The position numbers and the translations under genes were made by a program. From Bacillota bacterium (GTDB taxonomy: Bacteria; Bacillota; Sulfobacillia; Sulfobacillales; JAIMBI01), in NCBI GenBank assembly GCA_021846505.1, contig JAJZWV010000004.1:4074-68073 (forward strand): a stretch of DNA of 64,000 nt, read 5' to 3'. This document shows, piece after piece, positions 46,438 through 55,432 of this stretch (positions are counted from its first letter, which is position 1; every line of letters begins with the position of its first letter). Below the pieces are notes generated by a model, which was given only the letters and a program-made list of their open reading frames with translations, ran no database searches and was not told where the DNA came from.

Positions 46438-47031
46438 CTACGGCGTCCAATCTGTCACCCGACCAGTTGCGGCGTCAACCACGTACTGAGCCTGAGTTAC
46501 ATAGCCTGAGGCCGGAGCACCCTCAGGTGCGCTGAAATTCACGAGCACGGGCTTTGCGAACCACTCAGTCACCAGGTACATGGGACGCCCGCGGTTAACG
46601 GTCGTACTCGCGGCAAGAGCGGGTTCTTTGGCATGGATGCTTCCGTAGGTCATGAGGACCGCAGTGGCCCGCTTGACGCCCGCATTTAGGGCCCCGAGGC
46701 TCCGAAGTACTTGGAGTTTGCTGAGAAGGGGTGTGCCCGCCACAAGAGGACGCGACAGCACGCTGTTGGCAGCGGCCGCCTGATTGCAGATCTTGTAGAC
46801 GCGCATGCAGTGCACCAAGCCAGGGACCTTCACAAGACAGTTTTGCCCTGTAGTCAAACACCGCTGCAGAAGGGTTTGGTTCACGCCGTGATACACCACC
46901 CCTGTCGCTGCCACCACCGTGGCCCTACCTGATGACTGCATCGGCCGACTATACCCGGGTCGGGCGAACACCAACAGCGCCCCAATCAAGAGCGCCCCTA
47001 CGATCCACGTCGCCCTCGCAAAGCCTTTCAT
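46438..47031 (-). CDS. Secreted hypothetical protein (signal peptide, 4 Cys), in low-GC islet
   Basis: MKGFARATWIVGALLIGALLVFARPGYS signal peptide; C-terminal YVVDAATGRVTDW; roughly 50-55% G+C. Confidence 0.6.
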   Translation of the reverse strand: MKGFARATWIVGALLIGALLVFARPGYSRPMQSSGRATVVAATGVVYHGVNQTLLQRCLTTGQNCLVKVPGLVHCMRVYKICNQAAAANSVLSRPLVAGTPLLSKLQVLRSLGALNAGVKRATAVLMTYGSIHAKEPALAASTTVNRGRPMYLVTEWFAKPVLVNFSAPEGAPASGYVTQAQYVVDAATGRVTDWTP

Positions 47032-47035
47032 CCCA

Positions 47036-47682
47036 TCAGCACCTTTCCCGCACTTCTTGTGGCGGTTTGTTGTCGCACCACTTGCTGGGGTGGAAACCAA
47101 TTCCGTTTAAGCACTGGCCCTGCTGATAGCCGCTCCCGCATCCTTCGTCAACGTAGTTGTTGAATGTACCTGAGTACTCGCTCGAGTTGATGCCGGGAGG
47201 CGAGTAGAGTTGTAGCAACAACCACAGATACATCCGGGGGGCCGTAATTATTGGCCCAGACCTTTTGGTACTCTGGTATCGGGAACCTGATTGCACGTTT
47301 GGCTTTCTCCGGGAAATATCGAACACTGAATGCTCAGGCTTCCTCTACACAAGAAAAGACGGCTGATGTCTCTTGTGCTACCAGCCGCAATTTGTTATTC
47401 AAGTGAACACCGACTTGCACCTCTGACTTCGACTTAACTAGCTCCTGGTTATGAAATTGCGACTCATCTCCAGAATGGGACCCGTTGCTCGTAATGATGG
47501 AGTAACAATGATAGATCTGGCACGTGCCCGACGCAGCGTGCGCCGCGGTTCCTACTAGGACGAAACTCAGCATGAAACCCATGACGGTGGCCGCCAAAAA
47601 TGCAGACAGCCTGACTCGCGCCGTTCTCTCGACGAACCGAATTCACCGCATCCCGTTCCCCCCCCGTCCGGCGGCCGACCAA
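47036..47682 (-). pseudogene. Fragmented ORF series for secreted Cys-containing protein(s), possibly one decayed gene
   Basis: Pieces 47464-47682, 47334-47597 (signal-like FMLSFVLVGTAAHAAS then GTCQIYHCY) and 47036-47326 (GCGSGYQQGQC...KWC); in-frame TGA after ...VEEA and frame changes between pieces; about 45-55% G+C. Confidence 0.3.
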
Positions 47683-47888
47683 CCCAGAAACTGGCTACTG
47701 TATAGCACAAGTCGTGTCGCGGCGCAAGTGAATGGGGGCTTCGGCCACGGCAACGGCAAAGTCGAGGTTGGCGCGAGCGCTTTGGGTGCGCGTCAGCGGA
47801 CCGAATGGCCGTCCGCAGGATGAGGCCACGGCGAAGACGGGGGGAAAGCCGCTGGCCCGGGAGGCGTGTGGTGGCGGCGAGCGACCGC

Positions 47889-49030
47889 TTAGCCCAGCAG
47901 GAGGCGGACGACTTGGTCGGGATGCCGCCCCAAGTGGTTCACCGCCCACTGGAGGTTCGTCACCCCGCACGTCCGCAGGAGGCCGATGGCGGTGTGGCGC
48001 AGCGTCGCCATCACGCGGGGGCCGCTGTGCGTACGCACCGGAGAGCGGTCTTCGTCGAAGGTCATGTCGCGGATGTAGTGGAGCCGGGGTTCGATGCCCC
48101 AGTGGCGGCGGACATCGTCACCCAGGGTCGCCGCATCGGCCGCCGGCGGGGTCAGATCGGTCAGCCCATAGGCGCTGTCGCTGCGGGGGTGGCTGCCGTC
48201 GAGCGCCGTGACGTGGCGGTCGATGCGAAACACCTGGGCGAGCCCGGGCCAGTGGAGGTAGAGATTCAGTGCGGTCGAGGTACGAATGACGCGCGGTTCA
48301 AGGCGGCCGTGGCCGCGGTCCACCGTCCGGACCGTCAGGGGAAAAATCCGCGGCCTCGAGGGCCGCGCAGGCGTCGTGGACGGCGGGTGGGTTCCCTTTG
48401 ACGGTCATCACGTCGTGCGCCCGTTTATCCTCCACGAGATAGCGGGCGGCTTCCGTCTGCGTGGGCAGGCATCGACGGCGACCACCCGGCCCGCCCCATC
48501 GAGCGGGTCCAAAAGGTCCTGGCGTGTCGGGATCACGTGGGTCTTGGTCTCCACCAGGACCTGGCCGGCGACCTGTCCCGTGCGGTGGATCAAGGCGCCA
48601 GCAAATGGACCGGGCTGCCCCGGCCCCCCTGGGGCGATCCGCGGAGGCTTTTGCCGTCGATGGCCCACGCGTCGCCCGCCCGATGCGCTTCCGCCGTCAG
48701 CCACTGGGGCAACACCGTGTCCACCGCATCGGCATCCAGCTGCTGCAGCGCGCGGCGCACCGTGGGCTCGCTCGGCACGCGGTAGGTGGCCCCGTGCGTC
48801 GACACCCCAAGGCCGCCCCCTGGGTCGGGTCCAAGTCCCCAATCCCATCCCCGATCGCCACCAACGAGCGCTGCCCCGCCACGACGGCGGCGAGCGCCAG
48901 CAACACGACCTGGGTCAACTCGTGGCGCCCCCCCGCCGGTGGCGGGGATCCGTCAGCGCGGCGAGCCGCCGCGTCGTCCGCGCCCGCGTCTTCGAGGCCC
49001 GGTGGGGGATCTGCACCCCGGGGAGCACCA
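47889..49030 (-). mobile_element. ISAs1-family transposase pseudogene (at least 4 frame disruptions)
   Basis: LTDPRHRRGG / GRHELTQVVLLALAAVVAGQRSLVAIGD / VPSEPTVRRALQQLD...AIDGKSLRGS / LIHRTGQVAGQVLVETKTHVIPTRQDLLDPLDGAGRVVAVDA / DRGHGRLEPR...RRHWGIEPRLHYIRDMTFDEDRS, spread over different frames. Confidence 0.8.
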
Positions 49031-49660
49031 GGAACTGTGCACTGTTGGCGACATAGCGCCGCCGGGCCCACTGCTGGGGCCGCGTCCACCCGATCTACCG
49101 GTCGCGGGCGCGGCACATCCAGGCGGCCGCCGCCCAGCCGAGCAGCGCGAGCCAGTGGCCATCCACGCAGGGCACGCGGCAGAGCGCTTCGCCCACCAGC
49201 CCGCGAAAGCCGAGGGAGTGGTGGCGCGCCATGAGCGCCCGCCACCGCGGGCGCTCCTCCGGGCGCACCATGCGTACCGTCAAGCGGCCGGCCCAATCGG
49301 GGACCGCGACGGCGCCCCCGGTGGCCGGTCCGGTGTGCATGCCGCCACGGTACGCTACCGGGCGGCCGCTGTCCAGTCCGCACGCCAATCCCTTACCACA
49401 TCTCACGTTCCGCGACTATGACGGGATCTTGGGCGTGGAGGGCGGGTCAGTCGGATTAGCCCTGCATCAATGCCCGTCCAAGTCGCGGAGGGCACGGCCG
49501 CAGGGCGTTGTTCTTGGCGGCCAGCCCCCAGCGCCTTTGGCCATCTCGGCGCGCGCGCAGATTGGGGGCAGGCGGCCGGGCCGTGGCCCGAGGCGTGACC
49601 GCCGAGGGCGCGGCACACCAGGCCACGGCCCGATCCCGGTTGGCACGTGGGCGTGCGCGC
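49031..49660 (-). pseudogene. DUF4338-type (DruA-like) gene remnant joined to the ISAs1 transposase
   Basis: RPEERPRWRALMARHHSLGFRGLVGEALCRVPCVDGHWLALLGWAAAAWMCRARDR*IGWTRPQQWARRRYVANSAQFLVLPGVQIPHRAS matches the remembered DUF4338 core (YHYLG...RD.fIGW...N.RFLILPWV.VphLAS); in-frame TAG at 49095-49097; upstream limit approximate. Confidence 0.5.
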
Positions 49661-49722
49661 ATCGCTGGACCCCTTGGGCGGGAGCGCGCCGGGTGCGGGC
49701 TCCCGTGCCGCGGGACCGGCGC

Positions 49723-50649
49723 TCAGGCGTCGGGGGCGGGCGCCTCGGCCGCCGCCCGCGCCCGCCCCAGTGCCGCCCAGGCGGCGCGCAGCACGCGGTG
49801 GCGCATTGCGTCATCGGTGTCGGTGTGGTCGACAATGACCACCAGCGAGTAGGTCGTGGGGCTGACGTCCACCATCATCGCCTCGGCGCCGGGCACCGTG
49901 GGCTTCAGCTGCCGCTCAATGTCGGCGACCAACGCGTCCGGATTGACGCCCTGGTCCACCTCGAAGCGCACCCGGAGGCGATGGATTGTGCCGCGGTTGC
50001 GATTGGTGATCGCGGCTTGCACCAGGATGCCGTTCGGGATGCTCATCGGGAGACCTGAGTCCGTGGCCATCTGGGTATACATCAGCGAGACGTCGGTGAT
50101 GGTGCCGACATAGCTCGGCTTCAGCGCTTCGTGGCCATACGAGGGCATCAGGAGCGGATACTGCCACGTGATAATTTCCACCCGGTCGCCAACTTCAAAG
50201 GGGTGGAACATGACCAGCCAGACGCCCCCCAGCATGTTGGCCAGAACGGTTTGGCCCGCCAGTCCCAGCACGACGGTGATAAAGGCGCCGCCAAACACCA
50301 CCGAGGGGACGCCGACGCCAAAGGCGGCTAAGACGCCGACCGCCACGGCCATGTACAGCACCAAGCGCACCACAAACCTGAGCGTCGTGACTTGGCGGGC
50401 TGGCAGCGGGCCGGCACCCGGCCTGAGCCGGCCAAACCAATAGCGCTCCAGCAGCCAGGACAGCACGCCGCCAAACGCCAGCACCAGCACGGCGCGCACC
50501 GGGTCCTGCAGGGCTGGCGGCACCAAATGCAGGAGCCCCGTGCGGGGGTTCAGCAGCACTGCGACAATGAGGGCTACAGCAAATAATCCCACCAGGGGGA
50601 GCACTAACCCTCGACCGCGGCGCTCTGGCAAGCTGACCATCTCCTCCAC
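49723..50649 (-). CDS. Small-conductance mechanosensitive channel (MscS family)
   Basis: 3 TM helices then GLAGQTVLANMLGGVWLVMFHPFEVGDRVEI...GTITDVSLMYTQMATDSGLPMSIPNGILVQAAITNRN. Confidence 0.9.
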   Translation of the reverse strand: MEEMVSLPERRGRGLVLPLVGLFAVALIVAVLLNPRTGLLHLVPPALQDPVRAVLVLAFGGVLSWLLERYWFGRLRPGAGPLPARQVTTLRFVVRLVLYMAVAVGVLAAFGVGVPSVVFGGAFITVVLGLAGQTVLANMLGGVWLVMFHPFEVGDRVEIITWQYPLLMPSYGHEALKPSYVGTITDVSLMYTQMATDSGLPMSIPNGILVQAAITNRNRGTIHRLRVRFEVDQGVNPDALVADIERQLKPTVPGAEAMMVDVSPTTYSLVVIVDHTDTDDAMRHRVLRAAWAALGRARAAAEAPAPDA

Positions 50650-50773
50650 TCACACGTGGGACCGGTGCGGAATCCTCGCTTCTACCCTACCAAATGAGCG
50701 CAACCCACCGACCATCCCCCAAGCGCCTATGCACAGCGCCCGGGACCGGTCAGAGGCACGGGGAGCGCTCCGC

Positions 50774-50799
50774 AAAAAAAGAGGGGCCGAAGGGCCCCT
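50774..50799 (-). terminator. Rho-independent terminator after the zinc-ribbon micro-ORF pair
   Basis: Minus strand: AGGGGCC-CTTC-GGCCCCT followed by CTTTTTTTG, 14 nt after the TAA at 50813-50815. Confidence 0.85.
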
Positions 50800-50812
50800 G
50801 GCCGACAGACAG

Positions 50813-50977
50813 TTAGCAAGCCCGAGGCGGCATGGTCAGCCAGAGACGGGTCTCCGCACGCCGGCGCGCCGCGCAGCCGTCGCACAAGCCGGCCACACCA
50901 GGCGCCAAGCGCCGCGCGCCCACCATCCAATGGGTGCCCCACGTCCGACGGCAGTCGGTGCATTCCCGAAGCATCAT
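50813..50977 (-). CDS. Cys4 zinc-ribbon micro-protein B (54 aa)
   Basis: MMLRECTDCRRTWGTHWMVGARRLAPGVAGLCDGCAARRRAETRLWLTMPPRAC; GAAGGAGGA SD 7 nt upstream of ATG 50977 (track ORF starts at SD-less TTG 51100); followed by a strong terminator. Confidence 0.7.
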   Translation of the reverse strand: MMLRECTDCRRTWGTHWMVGARRLAPGVAGLCDGCAARRRAETRLWLTMPPRAC

Positions 50978-51132
50978 CGCGCTTCCTCCTTCAGTCACTG
51001 GCACCCGGTTCTGGGTGCTGCTTGGAACTCCTGGACCTGAACTGCGCTCCCTGGGGGGCTGACCAAATTGTAACTCGGCATCCGGGTAATTGGTAAACAA
51101 TTTGAGTTAAGTTTGTGTTAAGAACAGTGGCG

Positions 51133-51285
51133 TCACCGAAGCCAAGTCGTCGGCACATTCATCAACGCCCGAGTTGCCAACAACTGACGGGTGCAGCTGG
51201 CGCATAGCGGGCGCCCCCGCAGGTCGGGGCGATGTTGCTTGCTAGACAAGGTTCGGAGGCACATTGGACACTCGCGGTACCACAT
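51133..51285 (-). CDS. Cys4 zinc-ribbon micro-protein A (50 aa; not in the ORF track)
   Basis: Hand translation: MWYRECPMCLRTLSSKQHRPDLRGRPLCASCTRQLLATRALMNVPTTWLR*; GGGAGGGG SD 7 nt upstream; same RECxxCxRT...LCxxC layout as ORF B. Confidence 0.6.
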   Translation of the reverse strand: MWYRECPMCLRTLSSKQHRPDLRGRPLCASCTRQLLATRALMNVPTTWLR

Positions 51286-51330
51286 CAGCAGACCCCTCCC
51301 AGACTACTTGTGATTGTGGTCACGTTCACT

Positions 51331-51360
51331 AGTATAGCTCGTGGCCCCGAGAAGTGACAA
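51331..51360 (-). promoter_or_regulatory. Candidate sigma-A promoter for the micro-ORF pair (overlaps a candidate plus-strand promoter)
   Basis: Minus strand TTGTCA (51360-51355), 18 nt, TATACT (51336-51331). Plus strand TTGTGA (51308-51313), 16 nt, TAGTAT (51330-51335) could serve the peptidase gene. Confidence 0.45.
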
Positions 51361-51446
51361 ACAATTTTTGGGCAGCGCTCTGAAAGCGGGAAAATGTGGC
51401 GGCGTGGCGAATGTAGCACCATGAGAGGCCGCCATGCAGACAGGAG

Positions 51447-53558
51447 ATGAGCGAGATGGCAAGCAGCCAGCAAAGCAAGACTGGGGGCCGCCAAAAGAGC
51501 GAAAGCGCGGATCGAGGGCTCGCGGCGGCGCCCCCGACTCGAGCCGTGCCCGTGGTCGACCACTGGCACGGGACGGCGGTGCCCGATCCCTACCAGTGGC
51601 TCGAGCAGGGCGAGGACCCCGAAACGCTGGCGTGGGTGGCCCGCCAGACGGAGCGGACCGATGCCATATTGGCCGCACGCCCCGAGACCGCAGCGCTGCG
51701 GGCCCGCTGGCTGGCCGAAGCGTCGGTGAGTGGCGTGCGGGGGCTCCGGCGAGCTGGCCGCTATCTATTTTACGAGCGACGGGCGCCGGGAGCCTCACAG
51801 CCGACCCTGTACCGGCGGGGCGTGTTTGACGGCCTTGAGGAAGTCGCGGTGGACCCTGCCCAGCAGGGCGGGTCGGAGCTGGCCTCCTTGGACTGGTATC
51901 AGCCGTCCCTGGATGGGCGGTGGCTGGCGTATGGGCTGTCCACGGAAGGTGACGAATGGAGCACGCTGTATGCGCGCGACCTGGACGCCAGCGTGGACTT
52001 GGACGTAGCGATTCCCCGCGCCCGAGGGTCGTCGGTCGCTTGGGAGCCCGATGGCAGTGGCTTCTACTACACGCGGTATCCGGAGCCTGGCACGATGCCG
52101 CCGGGGGAGGAGTTTTACAACGTCCGCCTGTTTTTTCACAGCATGGCGGGCCCGGGGCCGGACCCCGAAGTGTTTGGCTCGGCCATCGGCCGGGACGACT
52201 TTCCTGAGGTGATGCTTTCAGACGAGGGGCGCTATCTGCTGGTGTCGGTCCACCACGGCTGGCACAGCGCCGAGCTGTGGTTTGCCGACCGGGAGCGCGG
52301 CACCCCGCTCACGCGCCTGGCAGCCGAGAAGGATACGCACTATGCGGGCTTGCTGGCGGGCCATGCCTACTACGTGCTGACGACCTTGCGGGCGCCGCGG
52401 GGGCGCATCATGCGGGTGCCGCTGGATACGACGGTGACATGGTCGGATGCGCGCCAAGTGGTGCCGGAGCGGCCCGATGCCACGCTGCTGGATTTCGCCG
52501 TGAGCCGAGGCGTCCTTTGGCTCCACTACCTGGTGGATGCGCACTCGGAGCTGGTGCGGTGGGATTTGGCGGCCGGCGAAGGACAGCCGGTGGCGCTGCC
52601 AGGCTTGGGCACGGTGAGTGGGGTGGAGGCATCGCCCACTGACGAGCGGGTGTACTTTGTGTTTGAGTCGTTCGTGGTCAAACCCGGCGTGTACACGGTA
52701 GCCAACGGCCGTGCCGTGCCGCTGGTGGTGCCCGAGCAGCATGGAGCCGCCGCGCGGGTGCGCCAGGAGTGGGCCACGTCGGCTGACGGCACGCGGCTCC
52801 CGCTGTTTGTCATTGAGCCGCCGGGCGGCCTCGCCGCGGCGGGCCCCACGGTGCTGACGGGGTACGGCGGGTTCAACGCCGCCACGACCCCGGCGTACTC
52901 GCCCGACGCAGCCGTGTGGGTCTCAGCCGGCGGGCGCTGGGCGTCGGCCGTGCTGCGCGGCGGCAGTGAGTACGGCGAAGCGTGGCACCGGGCGGGCATG
53001 CGCGAGCACAAGCAAAATGTGTTTGATGACTTTTTCGCGGCGGCCGAGCGCTTGATTGAGGCGGGCTTTACGAATTCGGTGCATCTGGGCATCACCGGCC
53101 GCAGCAACGGCGGCCTCCTGATGGGGGCGGCGCTGACGCAGCGGCCCGAGCTGTTTCAGGCCGTGGTGGTAGGAGTCCCCCTGCTGGATATGCTGCGGTA
53201 CCACCACTTTCTCATCGCGCGCATCTGGGCCAGTGAATACGGGTCGGCGGACAAGCCTGCGGAGTTTGCCTATCTGCATCGGTATTCCCCCTACCACCGG
53301 ATCAAGCCGGGGACGGCGTACCCGGCCACGTTCCTGTGGGCGGCGCATAAAGATAGCCGCGTGGACCCGGCGCACGCGCGCAAGATGACCGCCCGGCTGC
53401 AGGCGGCCCAGGGGGGATTGGCACCCGTGCTGTACCGGGAGGAAGGGCAGGTGGGTCATGGCATGGGCAAGCCACTCAGCTGGCAGGCGGCGTCGCAGGG
53501 AGACCAGCTGGGCTTTCTGGCCTGGCGGCTGGGTCTTAAGGTGGATCCTCCGGCATGA
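51447..53558 (+). CDS. Prolyl oligopeptidase family serine peptidase (S9A)
   Basis: N-terminal beta-propeller region (VVDHWHGTAVPDPYQWLE); catalytic GRSNGGLLMG (Ser), DSRVDP (Asp), VGHGMG (His); ATG 51456 has better SD spacing and may be the true start. Confidence 0.92.
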   Translation: MSEMASSQQSKTGGRQKSESADRGLAAAPPTRAVPVVDHWHGTAVPDPYQWLEQGEDPETLAWVARQTERTDAILAARPETAALRARWLAEASVSGVRGLRRAGRYLFYERRAPGASQPTLYRRGVFDGLEEVAVDPAQQGGSELASLDWYQPSLDGRWLAYGLSTEGDEWSTLYARDLDASVDLDVAIPRARGSSVAWEPDGSGFYYTRYPEPGTMPPGEEFYNVRLFFHSMAGPGPDPEVFGSAIGRDDFPEVMLSDEGRYLLVSVHHGWHSAELWFADRERGTPLTRLAAEKDTHYAGLLAGHAYYVLTTLRAPRGRIMRVPLDTTVTWSDARQVVPERPDATLLDFAVSRGVLWLHYLVDAHSELVRWDLAAGEGQPVALPGLGTVSGVEASPTDERVYFVFESFVVKPGVYTVANGRAVPLVVPEQHGAAARVRQEWATSADGTRLPLFVIEPPGGLAAAGPTVLTGYGGFNAATTPAYSPDAAVWVSAGGRWASAVLRGGSEYGEAWHRAGMREHKQNVFDDFFAAAERLIEAGFTNSVHLGITGRSNGGLLMGAALTQRPELFQAVVVGVPLLDMLRYHHFLIARIWASEYGSADKPAEFAYLHRYSPYHRIKPGTAYPATFLWAAHKDSRVDPAHARKMTARLQAAQGGLAPVLYREEGQVGHGMGKPLSWQAASQGDQLGFLAWRLGLKVDPPA

Positions 53559-53959
53559 CGGCGCCCGCAGCCCGGCACCTCGGGTTTCTGGATCAGACGG
53601 GGGCGGCGCTGGCGCCGATGGCTGCCGCGCTGGCCGCGGCGATGCTGCCCCCCTGGTGGCTCGTCGCGGCCTGGGCCCTGGACCCGGCGCCGCAGGTGGA
53701 CACCCTGGCCGGCCAGGCGCTGGCCGAATGGGGGCTCGAGCCCAGGCAGGCGGGCCGCTATGCGCCCGCCAATCTGCCGGGGCCCGGCGTGCTGGTGGCG
53801 CTGGGGCCGAACTGGGGACATCCGCTGCCCGACCTGCCGGCCGGCGTTCAGTGGCGCTGTTGGCCTCTGCCGCCGCGCGGCACGGGCCTGTCCGCCGTGC
53901 GGTCGCAGCGAGATCGGATTCGCCACCTGCTCGAGGAGTGGGCCGTCAATTTCGCGTAG
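53555..53959 (+). CDS. LMW-PTP/ArsC-fold protein lacking the catalytic CX5R(S/T) loop (predicted pseudo-phosphatase)
   Basis: LGFLDQTGAALAPMAAAL aligns to (I/V)LFVCTGNxCRSPMAEAL with Cys->Asp and Arg->Leu; later blocks ALAEWGLEP..., VLVALG and W...SAVRSQRDRIRHLLEEW keep the fold pattern; ATGA overlap with the peptidase gene. Confidence 0.55.
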   Translation: MTAPAARHLGFLDQTGAALAPMAAALAAAMLPPWWLVAAWALDPAPQVDTLAGQALAEWGLEPRQAGRYAPANLPGPGVLVALGPNWGHPLPDLPAGVQWRCWPLPPRGTGLSAVRSQRDRIRHLLEEWAVNFA

Positions 53960-54369
53960 GGGTTCTGGCCGGCGCGCTGATCCTGCTGGCCGCTTGTGGG
54001 GCGGCGCCAGCGCGCGGCTCCAGCGCCCCCCCGGTGTTTGCACCCAGCCATGCGGCCGTGGCGCAGTTTTCGATCCGGCTCACGCCGGGGGTGCATCGCT
54101 GGCGCATGCGGCTCACGTATCGGGGGCCGGCTCGCACGGTGTCCTGGACCGCGTCTTGGCTTGCGGTATCGGCCGTGAGCCGCCAGGGTGCCCGCTGGTC
54201 TGGCCACCGCGGGCCGTGGCCGCAGTTCGTGATTTTGAAGCCCCTGCATCCCGGCCAGCAGTTTATGGCGACCTATGCCTATCCGCCGCCCGGGCACTGG
54301 ACGCTCACGGTCCGCGTGCTGGGCCAAGTCTCCCGCCCAATTCAGTGGGCGGTGCCGGCCCATCCCTAG
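53938..54369 (+). CDS. Lipoprotein, unknown function
   Basis: Signal (V)GRQFRVGVLAGALILLAAC with LAAC lipobox; start GTG 53938 inferred (SD spacing poor). Confidence 0.55.
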   Translation: MGRQFRVGVLAGALILLAACGAAPARGSSAPPVFAPSHAAVAQFSIRLTPGVHRWRMRLTYRGPARTVSWTASWLAVSAVSRQGARWSGHRGPWPQFVILKPLHPGQQFMATYAYPPPGHWTLTVRVLGQVSRPIQWAVPAHP

Positions 54370-54451
54370 ATTCAAGATTCCACATGTTGGCGGAGGACTT
54401 GCAGCAGGGATTTGCACGCGGTGCGCCTAATTCCAGCGTGCAGGGCGATGC

Positions 54452-55432
54452 ATGGCAGAGACCGGCGAACATAACGGAGGTGGCCATAGCGTGGTAATCA
54501 TCGGCAGTTCCAATGCCCGGGTGGGGCTGGAGCGCGGCATGCAAATCTTGCGCGACGGAGGATCGGCCCTGGACGCGGTGGAGCAGGCCATTTGGGCTGT
54601 GGAGAGCAATATGGAGGATCACAGCGTGGGGCTGGGCGGATTGCCGAACCTGGTGGGCGAAGTGGAGCTGGACGCCAGCATCATGGACGGGGCGACCTTG
54701 GCGGCAGGGGCCGTCGGGGGAGTGCACGGGGTTTTGCACCCCATCTCCTTGGCGCGCCGCGTCATGGAGGAGCTGCCGCATGCGTTTTTGGTCGGTGCGG
54801 GCGCGGAGCGCTTTGCTCGGGAGTGCGGGTTCCCGGTGACGGAGCTGCTGACCGACGAAGCCCGCCGCATTTACGAGCGCGGCTTATCCGGCGAGCATCA
54901 GGACAGTGGGCGCTATGCGGGAAAAATCCTGCGCGCCATGGCAGGGCGGCTGGCACTGGACCCCGAGCGGGCATCCGGCAAGGACGCCGGCACCGTGAAC
55001 GTCTTGGCGCTGGATGGTGCCGGCCACCTGGTGGCGGGCGTCAGCACCAGTGGGTTTGCGTGGAAGTACCCTGGCCGCGTCGGCGACTCGGCCGTGATTG
55101 GGGCAGGCAACTACTGCGACGACCGCTATGGTGCGGCCGCCTGCACGGGGCGGGGTGAGATGGCCATCCGCGCCGCCACGGCCCACACGGTGGTCCGCGG
55201 ACTGAAGGAGGGGCTGTCGCCCGAGGAGGCGGGCCGCCAGGCGCTTTTGGAGCTGGACTGGCTGGTGGATGCGTTTTGGAGTGGCATGAACACCGTGGTG
55301 CTCGGCCCGGATGGCCGGCACGCGGGCTTCTCCACGGTGGAAAACACCACCTATGTGTACATGGATGACGCGTCCACCGGCGTCGAGTCGAAGCCGCGCA
55401 CGCTGGTGCCGGTGACCGGACGCTCCGCATGA
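54452..55432 (+). CDS. Ntn-hydrolase of the asparaginase-2 family (glycosylasparaginase / isoaspartyl peptidase)
   Basis: GGSALDAVEQAIWAVE; autoprocessing site GKDAG-TVNVLALD; GRVGDSAVIGAGNYCDDRYGAAACTGRGEMAIR. Confidence 0.88.
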   Translation: MAETGEHNGGGHSVVIIGSSNARVGLERGMQILRDGGSALDAVEQAIWAVESNMEDHSVGLGGLPNLVGEVELDASIMDGATLAAGAVGGVHGVLHPISLARRVMEELPHAFLVGAGAERFARECGFPVTELLTDEARRIYERGLSGEHQDSGRYAGKILRAMAGRLALDPERASGKDAGTVNVLALDGAGHLVAGVSTSGFAWKYPGRVGDSAVIGAGNYCDDRYGAAACTGRGEMAIRAATAHTVVRGLKEGLSPEEAGRQALLELDWLVDAFWSGMNTVVLGPDGRHAGFSTVENTTYVYMDDASTGVESKPRTLVPVTGRSA

